From: Stenotrophomonas sp. | GTDB lineage: Bacteria; Pseudomonadota; Gammaproteobacteria; Xanthomonadales; Xanthomonadaceae | NCBI GenBank assembly: GCA_034675465.1 | Contig: JAUCDH010000010.1 | Span: 11,806 to 75,805 of the forward strand | Direction of reading: 5' to 3' | DNA: 64,000 bases | Part shown: piece by piece, positions 31,566 through 41,997 of the stretch | Position numbering within the stretch: the stretch's first letter is position 1 | Layout: the number at the start of each line of letters is the position of its first letter | Position numbers and translations under genes: made by a program | Notes under the pieces: generated by a model | What the model was told of the DNA's origin: nothing | The model's input: only the letters and a program-made list of their open reading frames with translations | The model's database searches: none

Positions 31566-33746
31566 ATGAAGCCCTTCCCCGTACGACGTGGATTCGCCTT
31601 GCGCCTGCTGCGATTGGCTGGCGTGCTGGTACTGGCCTGCTACGTGCTGTACCTGCTGGCCGGCAATATCTTCCTCAACAGCCGCTTCGGCCACGAGCTG
31701 CTGAATCGCAAGCCCGAGGCATTCACGATGCAGTGGAGCGGCGGCCGCACGTTCTGGCCGGGGCGGGTCAGCCTGCACGAGGTGCGCATGCAGGGCCATG
31801 TGCGACGGCTGCAATGGTCGGCGCAGGCCGACGTTGTGCGTGGGCGCATCGCGCTGTGGCCGCTGCTGCGCAAGCAGGTGCTGGTGCCGTGGGTCGAGGC
31901 CGAGGGCGTTTCCGGTGCACTGGCCCGTGCCGAGCACGAACGCTTGCCGCCCCCGCCGCGGCCGGGCGGTTGGGCACTGGATTTCCGGCGCATCGCCACC
32001 GGCAGCCTGCATGGCTTCACCTTCGGCGAATGGAACGTCGCCGGCAATGGCCGCGCCGAAGTCGGTTTCGCCAAGCAACTGCGCGGCGGGCCGATGGAGC
32101 TGTACCCGTCGTCGCTGCATTTCGCCGCGGCGCAGGTCCGCCGCGGCGACATCCAGTGGCTGCGCGAGGCGCGCCTGTCCTCCACCTTCGCACTGCCCAG
32201 ACACGTGTCGGCTGAACACCCCGGCCTCGCCAAGCTCGACCTGCTCGATGCCGTGCTCGAATTGCACGGCGCCACCGTCAGCCTGCAATCCACGCTGGAT
32301 GGCGATGGCCGTTACGGCTTCGCGGTGCTGCCGGGCGACGGTGAACTGGAAGCGAAGCTGTCGCTGAAACAGGGTGCGCTGGCGGCAAACGACTTCCTGC
32401 ATCTGCGCCTGCCGCTGTCGCACGTGGATGCCGAGGGCGCCCACGTCGCCAACCAACTCGACCTGCGCGTGGCGGTGGATGATGCCCTGCGCCTGCACGC
32501 CACTTTGCCCGACATCGACGGCCGGTATCCTTCGCTCGATGCCACGCTTGATGTGCCTGGCACCACGCTGCCGCTGAAGGATTGGCGCACGCGGTTGCAG
32601 GCGGCCAGCGGCGAAGTGCGTGCGCATGGCCACTTGCCGTCCATCGGCGGCGTGGTCGCGTTGTTCACCCATGCCGACTGGATGGGGTTGGAAGGCAGCG
32701 GCACCGTCGATGCCGACCTCAAGCTGGCCGAAGGGCATTTGCTCGATGGCAGCAGGCTGAAGGTGAGCGACGTCGAAGCGCGCGCCGATGTGCTGGGCAA
32801 CCGTTTCCGCGGCAAGGCACGCGCGCAGGCGAACATTGCCCGTGATGCTGCCGGCCAGTTGCAATCACGGCTGGACGTGGTGATGGAGGCCTTCAGCGCC
32901 GCGCCTTCCGGTGCGCCCGGCAAGCCGTATTTCACCGGTGAGCGGCTGCATCTGGAAACGCTGGCCGATGCGCGGCTGGACCGCATGAAGCAAAGCATGC
33001 AGGCGCGGCTGCGTTTCGAGCGTGCGCGCATTCCCGAGCTGTCGGTGTTCAACGCCTACCTGCCCAACGACAAGCTGCGTTTCGTCGGCGGCAGCGGCAC
33101 GCTCGGCGGCGACCTGCGGTTGGATGGTGACGGCGACGTGGGGCAGGGCAGGCTGCGCGTCGATGGCCGCCAGGTACGGTTGGCGGTGGCCGGCCTGAAC
33201 CTGCGCGGCGACGTGACGCTGGATGCACGACTGCGACGCGGCAACTTGCACAAGGGTGAATTCGAGCTGGGCAACACCAGGGCCAGTGTGCGCAACGTCG
33301 CCTTCACCGAGACGGGCGGCGCGACCCATTCCGGCTGGTGGGCGACGCTGGACATCGGCAGCGGCCGCGCCGAGTGGAAGAAACCATCGTCGGCCAATGG
33401 TGATATGCAGGTGCGCATGCGCGACATCGGCTTCCTGCTGGCAATGTTCGCCAACCGCGCCGACCTGCCGCCGTGGACGGCCAAGGTGGTCGATGCCGGC
33501 GAAACCCGCTTGAGTGGGCGCTGGCTGTGGCAGGGCAACCGGCTGGTGCTGGACCGGGCGCATGCGGAGAACGACCGTTTCAGCGTCGATGCGCGCCTTG
33601 CGCTGGACGGGCAGCGCAAGCAGGGCGATCTGTACCTGAAATGGGGCATCCTGGGCGTCGGCGTGGAGTTGCAGGACGCCAATCGCAAGTTCCATCTGCG
33701 CGATGCGCGCCAGTGGTATGACGGCCGCCCGCCGTTGTTGCGGTGA
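31566..33746 (+). CDS. Large hypothetical membrane-anchored protein, predicted beta-rich
   Basis: 726-aa ORF with host-like codon usage, one N-terminal TM helix, alternating beta-strand patterns. Confidence 0.7.
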   Translation: MKPFPVRRGFALRLLRLAGVLVLACYVLYLLAGNIFLNSRFGHELLNRKPEAFTMQWSGGRTFWPGRVSLHEVRMQGHVRRLQWSAQADVVRGRIALWPLLRKQVLVPWVEAEGVSGALARAEHERLPPPPRPGGWALDFRRIATGSLHGFTFGEWNVAGNGRAEVGFAKQLRGGPMELYPSSLHFAAAQVRRGDIQWLREARLSSTFALPRHVSAEHPGLAKLDLLDAVLELHGATVSLQSTLDGDGRYGFAVLPGDGELEAKLSLKQGALAANDFLHLRLPLSHVDAEGAHVANQLDLRVAVDDALRLHATLPDIDGRYPSLDATLDVPGTTLPLKDWRTRLQAASGEVRAHGHLPSIGGVVALFTHADWMGLEGSGTVDADLKLAEGHLLDGSRLKVSDVEARADVLGNRFRGKARAQANIARDAAGQLQSRLDVVMEAFSAAPSGAPGKPYFTGERLHLETLADARLDRMKQSMQARLRFERARIPELSVFNAYLPNDKLRFVGGSGTLGGDLRLDGDGDVGQGRLRVDGRQVRLAVAGLNLRGDVTLDARLRRGNLHKGEFELGNTRASVRNVAFTETGGATHSGWWATLDIGSGRAEWKKPSSANGDMQVRMRDIGFLLAMFANRADLPPWTAKVVDAGETRLSGRWLWQGNRLVLDRAHAENDRFSVDARLALDGQRKQGDLYLKWGILGVGVELQDANRKFHLRDARQWYDGRPPLLR

Positions 33747-33771
33747 AGCAGGCCGTGCGCTTCCGCAGGCG

Positions 33772-34371
33772 TTACCCGAGCAGCCGATGACGCCGCAGCA
33801 CGCGCTGCAATGATTGCGCATGGAAGGCGGTGTCGGCATGCAGGCCGGCACGGCGCGCGCCTTGCACGTTGCGGAACAGGTGGTCGATGAACAGCGTGCG
33901 CGCAGGTTCGCAGCCGAGCCGGGCGGCAGCGGCGAGATAGGCCTGCGGGTCGGGCTTGCGCACGCCGAGCGTGGCGCTATCCAGCACGGTGAAGCCCGGT
34001 AGCAGCGCGGTGATTGCGGCCACGCTGAACGGGCCGTTGTTGGTCAGCACGGCAATGTGCACGCCGGAACGCACTTTCCCCAGCACTGCCAGCGCATCGC
34101 GGCGCAGCTTGCTGGCAGCGGTGCGTGCGGCGAACCAGTGCCGCGCGTGCAATTGGCTACCGAGGCGGGTGTTCAACTCATGCAGCAGGGCATCGCCGTC
34201 GAGGTCGCCGCGGGCGTGGGCCAGTTCCAGCCCCTCGCCGCGCAATGCTGCATCCACTTGCGCGGGCATGCAGCCGGCGGCATCGGCGAGATGTTGCAGA
34301 TGCCGGCGGTGATCGTAGTCGGCGAGCAGGCCATCGAAGTCGAGCAGTAATGCGTGTGGGGCGGGGATCAT
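33772..34371 (-). CDS. HAD-family hydrolase
   Basis: LLLDFDGLL, VLTNN, GVRKPDPQAY, TLFIDH motifs. Confidence 0.85.
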   Translation of the reverse strand: MIPAPHALLLDFDGLLADYDHRRHLQHLADAAGCMPAQVDAALRGEGLELAHARGDLDGDALLHELNTRLGSQLHARHWFAARTAASKLRRDALAVLGKVRSGVHIAVLTNNGPFSVAAITALLPGFTVLDSATLGVRKPDPQAYLAAAARLGCEPARTLFIDHLFRNVQGARRAGLHADTAFHAQSLQRVLRRHRLLG

Positions 34372-34382
34372 CGGGGCTGTTC

Positions 34383-34501
34383 ACAGGAGCGCATCTTGCT
34401 GCGCGATGCGGCTTTCATGTAGTTCCCCCGCAACAGCCTGCACATCTTCTATGCAGGGATTCGAATGGGAAAACTCTTCGCGCAGCAAGGTGCGCTCCTG
34501 C
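34383..34501. repeat. Degenerate REP doublet
   Basis: CAGGAGCGCATCTTGCTGCGCGA ... TCGCGCAGCAAGGTGCGCTCCTG, same family as 14385-14456. Confidence 0.7.
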
Positions 34502-34509
34502 GGGAGCAA

Positions 34510-35805
34510 TCAGGCGGCAATGGCCTTGAACGCTTCGCGCGCGGCGGCCAACGTGGCGTCGATCACCGCATCGTCATGCGCGCTGGACAGGAAGCCGGCT
34601 TCATACGCAGAAGGCGCAAGGAACACGCCGCGCTCCAGCATCGCGTGGAAGAAGCGGTTGAATGCGGCGGTGTCGCAGGCGGTGGCCTGTGCGTAGGTTT
34701 CCACTTTCTGGTCGGTGAAGAACAGGCCGAACATTGCGCCGACGCGGGTGGTGGTGACGGCCACGCCGGCCTCGCGTGCGGCTGCTTCCAGCCCTTCGCA
34801 CAGGCGCGCGGTGGCGGCGGTCAGGCGCTCGTGGAAGCCCGGTTGCTGGATCAATTCCAGCATCGCCAAACCGGCGGCCATCGCCACCGGGTTGCCGCTC
34901 AAGGTGCCGGCTTGATAGATCGGGCCGGCCGGGGCGATTTGCTGCATCAGGTCGCGGCGGCCGCCGTAGGCGCCTACCGGCATACCGCCGCCGATGATCT
35001 TGCCGAAGGTGGTCAGGTCGGGCGTGATGCCGTAATGCGCCTGCGCGCCGCCGAGTGCGACACGGAAGCCGGTCATCACTTCGTCGAAGATCAACAATGC
35101 GCCGTGCTGCGTGCACAACGCGCGCAGGTGTTGCAGGTAGCCCTCGCGCGGCGGGATGCAGTTGGCGTTGCCGACCACCGGCTCGATGATCAGGCCGGCA
35201 ATCTCGCTGCCTTGTTGCTCGAACAATGCAGTGGCCGCGTCGAAATCGTTGTAGGGCAGGGTGAGGGTGAGTTCGCTCAAGCCCGCCGGCACGCCGGGTG
35301 AGGTGGGCACGCCGAGGGTCAACATGCCGCTGCCGGCCTTGACCAGGAACGAGTCGCCGTGGCCGTGGTAGCAGCCTTCGAACTTGACGATTTTCATGCG
35401 CCCGGTTGCGCCGCGCGCCAGCCGGATTGCCGACAACGTAGCCTCGGTGCCGGAGTTGACCATGCGCACCATCTCGCACGAGGGCACCAGTTTGGTGATG
35501 GTCTCTGCCATGGTGATTTCCGCCGGGCACGGCGCACCAAATGACAAACCATTGCCGATTGCGCCGGCCACCGCCTCGCGCACCGCCGGGTGGTTGTGGC
35601 CGACGATCATCGGGCCCCACGAACCCACGTAGTCGATGTAGCGGTTGCCGTCCACGTCATACAGGTACGGGCCGTCGGCGCGCTGCACGAAGAACGGCTC
35701 GCCGCCGACCGACTTGAACGCGCGCACCGGTGAGTTGACGCCGCCGGGCAGCAATTGCTGCGCGCGTGCGAACAGGGCGTGGGACTGGTCATGGTTCAGG
35801 GACAT
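34510..35805 (-). CDS. hemL: Glutamate-1-semialdehyde 2,1-aminomutase
   Basis: [41 protein letters not shown]. Confidence 0.97.
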   Translation of the reverse strand: MSLNHDQSHALFARAQQLLPGGVNSPVRAFKSVGGEPFFVQRADGPYLYDVDGNRYIDYVGSWGPMIVGHNHPAVREAVAGAIGNGLSFGAPCPAEITMAETITKLVPSCEMVRMVNSGTEATLSAIRLARGATGRMKIVKFEGCYHGHGDSFLVKAGSGMLTLGVPTSPGVPAGLSELTLTLPYNDFDAATALFEQQGSEIAGLIIEPVVGNANCIPPREGYLQHLRALCTQHGALLIFDEVMTGFRVALGGAQAHYGITPDLTTFGKIIGGGMPVGAYGGRRDLMQQIAPAGPIYQAGTLSGNPVAMAAGLAMLELIQQPGFHERLTAATARLCEGLEAAAREAGVAVTTTRVGAMFGLFFTDQKVETYAQATACDTAAFNRFFHAMLERGVFLAPSAYEAGFLSSAHDDAVIDATLAAAREAFKAIAA

Positions 35806-35952
35806 GGCATCGGTGCGTGCGGGGAATTGCGCCCATTGTCCGCTTTCGCGCCGGGGCCTGCCACGCGCACCGGAATCCATGACCTATGGCCTGCATGGCG
35901 TGTCCGTACCGCATGCCAGAATGCCGGAGCCATCCATCCCGAAGGGAGAGCC

Positions 35953-37221
35953 ATGAAGTTCGTTGCGACGTTCAAGACCGGTGCACTGGCAGGCGCGCTG
36001 CTGCTGGCCGTTGCCGCCGGTGCACAGGCAGGCACCGGTCCGACGAAGATTTCCGAGCGTGCCCGCGCCGTGCAGGCACAGGCAATCAACCTCGACACCC
36101 ACCTCGATACGCCGGCACTGTTCGCGCAGCCGGGCTGGAAGATCAGCGACCGCCATGCGTTCAAGGACGACGGTTCGCAGATCGACTACCCGCGCATGGT
36201 CGAAGGTGGGCTGGATGGCGGTTTCTGGGTGATCTACACCGGGCAGGGCGCGCGTGACGAAGCCGGCAACCGCAAGGCGCGCGATGCCGGCCTGGTGCGG
36301 CTGGCCGAGATCCGCGAGATGGTCGCGGCCAACCCAGATAAGTTCGAGCTGGCCATCACCGCCGACGATGCGGCGCGGATCAAGGCGGCGGGGAGGAAGT
36401 CGGTCTACATCAGCATGGAGAACGCCTACCCGCTGGAGCATGACCCCAGCCTGCTGGGCTTCTACTACAAGCAGGGGCTGCGCATGATTTCGCTGGCGCA
36501 CATCGGCCACAACGATTTCGCCGATTCGGCCGGCATGGGCACGGAGCCGGAAGGCGAGCACGGTGGCCTGAGCGACAAGGGCCGGGCGTTGATCGCCGAA
36601 GCCAACCGGCTGGGCATCATCCTCGACCAGTCGCATGCCTCCAATGCGGTGTTCGACCAGATGTTGGAACTGAGCACCGCGCCGATCATCCTTTCGCACA
36701 GCGGTGCCTACGACCTGTTCGCGCATTCGCGCAATATCGACGATGCGCGCATCCGCGCGCTGGCGAAGAAGGGCGGGGTGATTCAGGTGAACTCGCTGGG
36801 TGCCTACCTGATCGACACCGGGGCCACGCCCGAGTACCGCGCCGAGCGCCGCAAGCTGTACGACGCCTACGACAAGGCCGGCAGCGACACCGAGCGCGCA
36901 CAGGCCAGGGATGGGCTGGCCGCGCTGGATGCGAAATACGGCATCCGCAAGGCGGATTTCGACGACTACATGCGCCACCTGCTGCACATCATCGAAGTGG
37001 CCGGCTGGGAGCACGTCGGCCTTGGTGCCGACTGGGACGGCGGTGGTGGCGTGGCTGGCTACGAGGACATCAGTGCGTTGCCGAAGGTGGTGCAGGCGCT
37101 GCTGGATGCCGGTTACAGCGACAAGCAGGTCGGTGCGATCCTTGGCGGCAACACCGTGCGGTTGATCCGCGAAGTGCAGGCGCTGGCGGATCCCGAAGCG
37201 GTCAAGGCGGCACTGGAATAA
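35953..37221 (+). CDS. Exported dipeptidase (peptidase M19)
   Basis: Signal peptide, LDTHLDT, ISMEN, LDQSHAS, SHSG...HSRN, VGLGADWDGGG. Confidence 0.88.
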   Translation: MKFVATFKTGALAGALLLAVAAGAQAGTGPTKISERARAVQAQAINLDTHLDTPALFAQPGWKISDRHAFKDDGSQIDYPRMVEGGLDGGFWVIYTGQGARDEAGNRKARDAGLVRLAEIREMVAANPDKFELAITADDAARIKAAGRKSVYISMENAYPLEHDPSLLGFYYKQGLRMISLAHIGHNDFADSAGMGTEPEGEHGGLSDKGRALIAEANRLGIILDQSHASNAVFDQMLELSTAPIILSHSGAYDLFAHSRNIDDARIRALAKKGGVIQVNSLGAYLIDTGATPEYRAERRKLYDAYDKAGSDTERAQARDGLAALDAKYGIRKADFDDYMRHLLHIIEVAGWEHVGLGADWDGGGGVAGYEDISALPKVVQALLDAGYSDKQVGAILGGNTVRLIREVQALADPEAVKAALE

Positions 37222-37249
37222 GCACGGCAGGCCGGGGCTACGGCCCCGA

Positions 37250-37885
37250 CTACGCGAAGCTGGCTTGATAGGCCCGCAATGCAGCTACCGGGTCTTCGGT
37301 GGCGAACACGCCGCTGATGACCGCCACCAGGTCTGCGCCGGCCTCGACCAGCGGCGCGATGTTGTCTGCGGTCAGCCCGCCTATCGCCACGCGTGGTACG
37401 CCCAGCGTGGCGGCGTCGCGCAACAACTGCGGCTGCGCCCGATGCGTGGTGACCTTGCTGGGGCTAGGGAAAAACGCGCCGAAGGACACATAGCTCGCAC
37501 CGGCAGCCACCGCCTGCTGCGCCAATGCCAGTTGGTCGTAGCAGGAAGTGCCGATGATGGCGTCGGGGCCGAGTAGGGCGCGTGCGGCGGCGATGTCGTC
37601 ATTGTTCTCCTCGCTGTCTTCGCCCAGATGCACGCCGGCCGCGCCGATTTCGGCGGCCAACGCGGCATCGCCGTTGATGAGCAGCGGTACGCCGGCCTCC
37701 ATGCACAGGGCCTGCAATGCCTGCGCCTGCACGCGCCGGGTGGCGGCATCCACCACCGTGCTGCGGTATTGCAGCCACGTCGTTTCGGCCAGCAACGGGT
37801 ACACACGTGCGAGCAGCCGCGCGGTGTCGGTTTCGTCCGGGGTGATCAGATAGACGCCGCGGGGCGTGTGCGAAGCGTGGGACAT
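37250..37885 (-). CDS. thiE: Thiamine phosphate synthase
   Basis: [37 protein letters not shown]. Confidence 0.92.
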   Translation of the reverse strand: MSHASHTPRGVYLITPDETDTARLLARVYPLLAETTWLQYRSTVVDAATRRVQAQALQALCMEAGVPLLINGDAALAAEIGAAGVHLGEDSEENNDDIAAARALLGPDAIIGTSCYDQLALAQQAVAAGASYVSFGAFFPSPSKVTTHRAQPQLLRDAATLGVPRVAIGGLTADNIAPLVEAGADLVAVISGVFATEDPVAALRAYQASFA

Positions 37886-37953
37886 GGATGGCTACCTGTG
37901 CAGCGGAGGGAATGGGACAATGCGCAGCCGTCCCGTGTTGCCGTGATTATCCG

Positions 37954-38145
37954 ATGTCCGACGCTTCCGCCTCCACCTTCCGCACCTGGATGTGCGTCGT
38001 CTGCGGTTTCATCTACAGCGAGGCCGAGGGCTTGCCCGAAGAAGGCATCGCGCCGGGCACCCGCTGGGCCGAGGTGCCCGAGACGTGGACGTGCCCGGAC
38101 TGCGGCGTGACCAAGGACGATTTTGAAATGGTGGAAGTGGAGTGA
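37954..38145 (+). CDS. Rubredoxin
   Basis: [10 protein letters not shown]...[19 protein letters not shown]. Confidence 0.95.
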   Translation: MSDASASTFRTWMCVVCGFIYSEAEGLPEEGIAPGTRWAEVPETWTCPDCGVTKDDFEMVEVE

Positions 38146-38157
38146 GTTGCGGCTTTT

Positions 38158-38278
38158 TCCTTCTCCCAGCGGGAGAAGGTGCCCGGAGGGCGGATGAGGG
38201 GCGAACGCAGTCCATGATGATTGAGCCATCCTGACTTCGTTGCCCCTCACCCCAACCACTCTCCCGGGGGAGAGGGGC
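38158..38278 (+). repeat. Composite palindromic repeat (CCTTCTCCC...GGGAGAGGG family), simple form
   Basis: CCTTCTCCCAGCGGGAGAAGGTGCCCGGAGGGCGGATGAGGGG...CCCCTCACCCCAACCACTCTCCCGGGGGAGAGGGG. Confidence 0.8.
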
Positions 38279-38295
38279 GATATCCCTCGATAAAG

Positions 38296-38395
38296 CCCCT
38301 GCACCGGGCAAGCCCGGTGCCTGCGAGGGCGCGCGGTTTTGGTGGTGCCCCGCCGTTGGTCGGGCGAAAGTGCGGTGGGGCAAGCCCCACCCTAT
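38296..38395. repeat. REP cluster at the thiL stop
   Basis: GCACCGGGC AA GCCCGGTGC hairpin and minus-strand ATAGGGTGGGGCTTGCCCCACC. Confidence 0.6.
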
Positions 38396-39357
38396 GCGAA
38401 ATGGCGGTAGCCGCTGGCTTGCTGGTTACCCGCATCGCCGTCGCAGCGGACGCCCTGGTCTTCGACGATATGGCCGATGCGGGTCAACCGCAGCGCCAGT
38501 TGCGATGACAGCGCATGCAGCACGTCGCGCTGCTCCGGTGCGGCGGTGAAGCATAGTTCGTAGTCGTCGCCGCCACGCAGTGCGCAGTCGCTTGCAGCGG
38601 CAGGACCAAGCGCGCTGCGCAGTGCGGGCGACAGCGGTAGGCATTCGGCCTGCACCACCGCGCCAACGCCGCTGCGTGCAGCGATGTGGCCGAGGTCGGC
38701 GAGCAGACCGTCGGAAACGTCGGCGGCGGCGGTGGCCACGCCGCGCAGCGCCAGCCCCAGTTGCAGCCGTGGCGTGGGCCGTTGCAGGCGTTGGCGCAGG
38801 GTTTCGTGGTTGGCGTCGTTTGCGGGCATGCGCACGTCCAGCCTGCCTTGCTGCCACAGCCGCAGCGCGCCGGCTGCTTCGCCGGGGGGGCCGCTTAACC
38901 AAATGTCGTCGCCGACGCGTGCGCCGTCGCGGCGCAGCGCCCGCCCGGCCGGTACCGTGCCGATCGCGGTGATCGACAGCGACAGCGGCCCGCGCGTGGT
39001 GTCGCCGCCAACCAAGGTGATGCCGCTGGCGTCGGCCAATGCGAAGAAGCCGTCGATGAAACCCTCCATCCAGCCGGCGTCAGCCTGCGGCAGGGACAGC
39101 GACAGCGTGCACCACAGCGGCTCGGCGCCCATTGCGGCGAGGTCGGAGAGATTCACCGCCAGCGCCTTCCAGCCAATGTCGGCCGGCGGGGATTCGGTGG
39201 GGAAATGCACGCCGGCGTTGAGGGTGTCGGCGGTGACGGCCAGCGCCTGCCCCGGCGGTGGCTGCAACAGGGCAGCGTCGTCGCCGATGCCCAGCAGCAC
39301 GTCGCCGCGCGCGCGGGTGCGGCGGGCGATGCGTTCAATCAGGCCGAATTCGTCCAT
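38392..39357 (-). CDS. thiL: Thiamine-monophosphate kinase
   Basis: MDEFGLIERI, GIGDDAA, AVNLSDLAAMGA, GGDTTRG, DVSDGL, GGDDYELCF. Confidence 0.96.
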   Translation of the reverse strand: MDEFGLIERIARRTRARGDVLLGIGDDAALLQPPPGQALAVTADTLNAGVHFPTESPPADIGWKALAVNLSDLAAMGAEPLWCTLSLSLPQADAGWMEGFIDGFFALADASGITLVGGDTTRGPLSLSITAIGTVPAGRALRRDGARVGDDIWLSGPPGEAAGALRLWQQGRLDVRMPANDANHETLRQRLQRPTPRLQLGLALRGVATAAADVSDGLLADLGHIAARSGVGAVVQAECLPLSPALRSALGPAAASDCALRGGDDYELCFTAAPEQRDVLHALSSQLALRLTRIGHIVEDQGVRCDGDAGNQQASGYRHFA

Positions 39358-39363
39358 AAAGCA

Positions 39364-39476
39364 GAAACGAGTGGAGAGAAACGAGAGGAAGCAACCGCGG
39401 ATGCCGCCATCTCCGCGCAGGCGGAGATGGCTCCTGCCCTTACTCGTTCTTCGTTCCTCTTCCCTCGTTCCTCGCC
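39364..39476. repeat. Inverted heptamer-array element overlapping the nusB 3' end
   Basis: GAAACGA GTGGAGA GAAACGA GAGGAAGC; inner hairpin GCCATCTCCGC/GCGGAGATGGC; CTCGTTC TTCGTTC CTCTTCC CTCGTTC. Confidence 0.8.
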
Positions 39477-39940
39477 TCAATCCGCCATTCCAGCGCGGCG
39501 CGGTCCAGCACGCCGTTGACGTAGGTGTGACCGTGCTCGGAGCCGAAGCGCTTGGCGGTTTCGATGGCCTCGTTGATCACCACCCGGTACGGCACGTCCA
39601 GACGGTGGCGCAGCTCGTAGGCAGCCACGCGCAGCACCGCGCGTTCGATGGCATCGACGTCCTCGACCGGGCGATCGACGAACGGGGCCAGCGCCTCGTC
39701 CAGTTCGCGGCGATGGTCGAGCACGCCGCGCAGCAGGTTCTCGAAATAGGCCAGGTCGGCCACTTCGTGCGCTTGTTCGTGGGCGAACTGGGCCAGCAGC
39801 GATTCGGCGTTGCCGCCGGAAATCTGCCACGCATAGACGGCCTGCAAGGCGCGGCGGCGCGCGCGCGAGCGCAGCACCGGGTCGATGCCGTCACGACGGA
39901 AGGGCTTGCCGGCGGGCTTGCCGTGGTTCTTGGTGCTCAT
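39440..39940 (-). CDS. nusB: Transcription antitermination factor NusB
   Basis: [23 protein letters not shown]...[29 protein letters not shown]. Confidence 0.96.
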   Translation of the reverse strand: MSTKNHGKPAGKPFRRDGIDPVLRSRARRRALQAVYAWQISGGNAESLLAQFAHEQAHEVADLAYFENLLRGVLDHRRELDEALAPFVDRPVEDVDAIERAVLRVAAYELRHRLDVPYRVVINEAIETAKRFGSEHGHTYVNGVLDRAALEWRIEARNEGRGTKNE

Positions 39941-40404
39941 GGCAGTTGCTCCAGCAGGTTGACCATTTCCAATGCCGCCAGCGCGGCTTCCTCGCCCTTG
40001 TTGCCGTGGCTGCCGCCGGCGCGGGCCTCGGCGTCTTCCACGCGCTCCACTGCCAGCACGCCGTTGAGTACCGGCACGCCGAAATCCAGTTGTGCGCGCA
40101 TCAGGCCTTCGGCGCAGCGGTCTGCCACGTGTTCGTAGTGACGGGTATCGCCGCGGATCACGCAGCCCAGGGTGATGATGGCCGCGTGCTGGCCGGCGGC
40201 GGCCAGGCGGGTGGCGACCAGCGGGATTTCCCACGCGCCGGGCACGCGCACCACGTCGATGGCGTCCTCGCCGATGCCGTTGCCGGCCAGGCTCTGCCGT
40301 GCGCCGGCCACCAGCACGTCGGTGATGCGGGCGTTCCAGCGGCTGGCGATGATGACGAAACGGGCCGTTCCGGCCGGGCGAAGGTCGCCTTCGTAGTGGC
40401 TCAT
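39937..40404 (-). CDS. ribH: 6,7-dimethyl-8-ribityllumazine synthase
   Basis: [31 protein letters not shown]. Confidence 0.96.
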   Translation of the reverse strand: MSHYEGDLRPAGTARFVIIASRWNARITDVLVAGARQSLAGNGIGEDAIDVVRVPGAWEIPLVATRLAAAGQHAAIITLGCVIRGDTRHYEHVADRCAEGLMRAQLDFGVPVLNGVLAVERVEDAEARAGGSHGNKGEEAALAALEMVNLLEQLP

Positions 40405-40511
40405 GGGGTGGGGTGGGGCAAAAGGTGCGCCAGTTTACCGCGTGGGCGCGCCAGCGGCTTTTGTTCTGACGCTGCTCCGGGTTGAGCGCCCACGCCGCTG
40501 GAGTGGGCCGG

Positions 40512-40625
40512 GGCGCGGAGCGGGGGTTGGGGTGAGGGGCAAGCGAAGTCCAGATGGTTAACCATCATGGACTACGTTTGCCCCTCATCCGCCCTTCGGG
40601 CACCTTCTCCCGAAGGGAGAAGGGC
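40512..40625 (-). repeat. Composite palindromic repeat, inverted near-copy of 38158-38278
   Basis: Minus strand CCTTCTCCCTTCGGGAGAAGGTGCCCGAAGGGCGGATGAGGGGCAAACGTAGTCCATGATG...CCCCTCACCCCAACC. Confidence 0.8.
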
Positions 40626-40633
40626 TCAGCCAA

Positions 40634-41482
40634 TCAGTGCAGCCGTGGGCGCCCGCTGCCCAGTTCGACCAGCGTGTTGCGCACTTTCATGGTGTCGTCG
40701 GCGTGGGGTTCGCGCTGGAGGTAGCGGGCAAGGTCGCCGCGTGCGCCGGCGAAGTGGCCCAGCCGCAGGTAGGCCATGCCGCGGTCGCGCAGGGCGTCGT
40801 TGTGCTCGGGAGCGAGCTTGAGGATGCGGTCGGCGCTGCGCGCGGCGCGCTCCCATTGCCCGTGCTCGGCATAGACGCCGTGCAGGTTGCGCAGGATGCG
40901 CATCAGGATGGCGCGGTGCGGGGCCGGGTCGAGGATCTGCGCCAGCAGTTGGTCGTCCGGGGTCTGCCCGCCGAGGTTGTCGCGGGCGCGTTGGCGCAGT
41001 TCATCCACGCCCAGCGGGCGGCCGCCGTTGAACGGGTCCATCACCAGCACGCCTTCTTCGACCGGCAGGCGTACGAGGAAGTGGCCGGGGAAGGAGATGC
41101 CTTGCAGTGGCAGGCCGAGCCGGCGCGAGACTTCCATTTGCACTAGCGCCAGCGAGATCGGGTTGCCGAGCCGGCGCGTGACCACTTCGTTGAGGTAGCT
41201 GTTGCGCGGGTCGTGGTAGGCGTCGTGGTTGCCGCTGTAGCCCAGTTCGTTGAACAGGTGGTGGTTGATGGCGGCCACTTTCAGCGGCCATTCGGCGATG
41301 GCGCCGACCTCGGTGCGCAGGTGGTCGGCATGGGCCTGCAACAAGCGGTCGCAGCGGTCCGGGTCGAGCTCGGGGTATTCGTCGCGGGCGATCAGCAGCG
41401 CGGTGGCGAACAGGGGCAGGGTGTCGTCGGCCTGGGTGGCCAGCGCGTCCCAGTGCGGCAGGGTGAGGCGGGTGTCGGGCAT
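40634..41482 (-). CDS. SirB1 family (transglutaminase-like/TPR) protein
   Basis: GYSGNHDAYHDPRNSYLNEV..RRLGNPISL, GISFPGHFLVR, RILRNL. Confidence 0.9.
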   Translation of the reverse strand: MPDTRLTLPHWDALATQADDTLPLFATALLIARDEYPELDPDRCDRLLQAHADHLRTEVGAIAEWPLKVAAINHHLFNELGYSGNHDAYHDPRNSYLNEVVTRRLGNPISLALVQMEVSRRLGLPLQGISFPGHFLVRLPVEEGVLVMDPFNGGRPLGVDELRQRARDNLGGQTPDDQLLAQILDPAPHRAILMRILRNLHGVYAEHGQWERAARSADRILKLAPEHNDALRDRGMAYLRLGHFAGARGDLARYLQREPHADDTMKVRNTLVELGSGRPRLH

Positions 41483-41544
41483 GGCCCAAGACTGGCGGCA
41501 ATGCGGGGCAGGTTCAAGCCGTGGGGCGCGCCTTGCGCCTGCGG

Positions 41545-41997
41545 TCATTCACCCTTGGGGATGCCGGGGCCGAAGGTCAGTTTGGCGCCGTTTTCCAGCT
41601 TCAGCTTCGCGGCCTGCCCGGCGTTGAGTTCCAGCACGTAGCGCGCCGGCTTGAAACTGGGGTAGGGCGGGCAGGCGTCGCCGGCCGAGCAGGGCGGCAC
41701 ATCGCGCTGCTGGCTGACCAACCGGCGGCCGTCGTCGAAATAGAGGATGTCCAGCGCGATCTTGGTGTTCTTCATCCAGTACGCCTGCGGTTCCTCGCGG
41801 TCGTGGATGAACAACATGCCGCGGCCGGCCTCCATGCGGTCGCGGAACATCAGCCCGCGCGCGCGGGTGGCGTCGTCCTGCGCCAGTTCCACGTTGTAGC
41901 GGGTGCCAGCCAGTTCCACCCAGTGGTTGCCGCCGCTGGCGCAGCCGCCGAGGAGCAGGATCAGGGCGAGGCAGACGGCGTGGCGCAGCAGGGGCAT
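41545..41997 (-). CDS. DUF192 domain lipoprotein
   Basis: Lipobox LGGC; RARGLMFR, GMLF, YWMKNTKIALDI, YVLELNAG. Confidence 0.9.
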   Translation of the reverse strand: MPLLRHAVCLALILLLGGCASGGNHWVELAGTRYNVELAQDDATRARGLMFRDRMEAGRGMLFIHDREEPQAYWMKNTKIALDILYFDDGRRLVSQQRDVPPCSAGDACPPYPSFKPARYVLELNAGQAAKLKLENGAKLTFGPGIPKGE

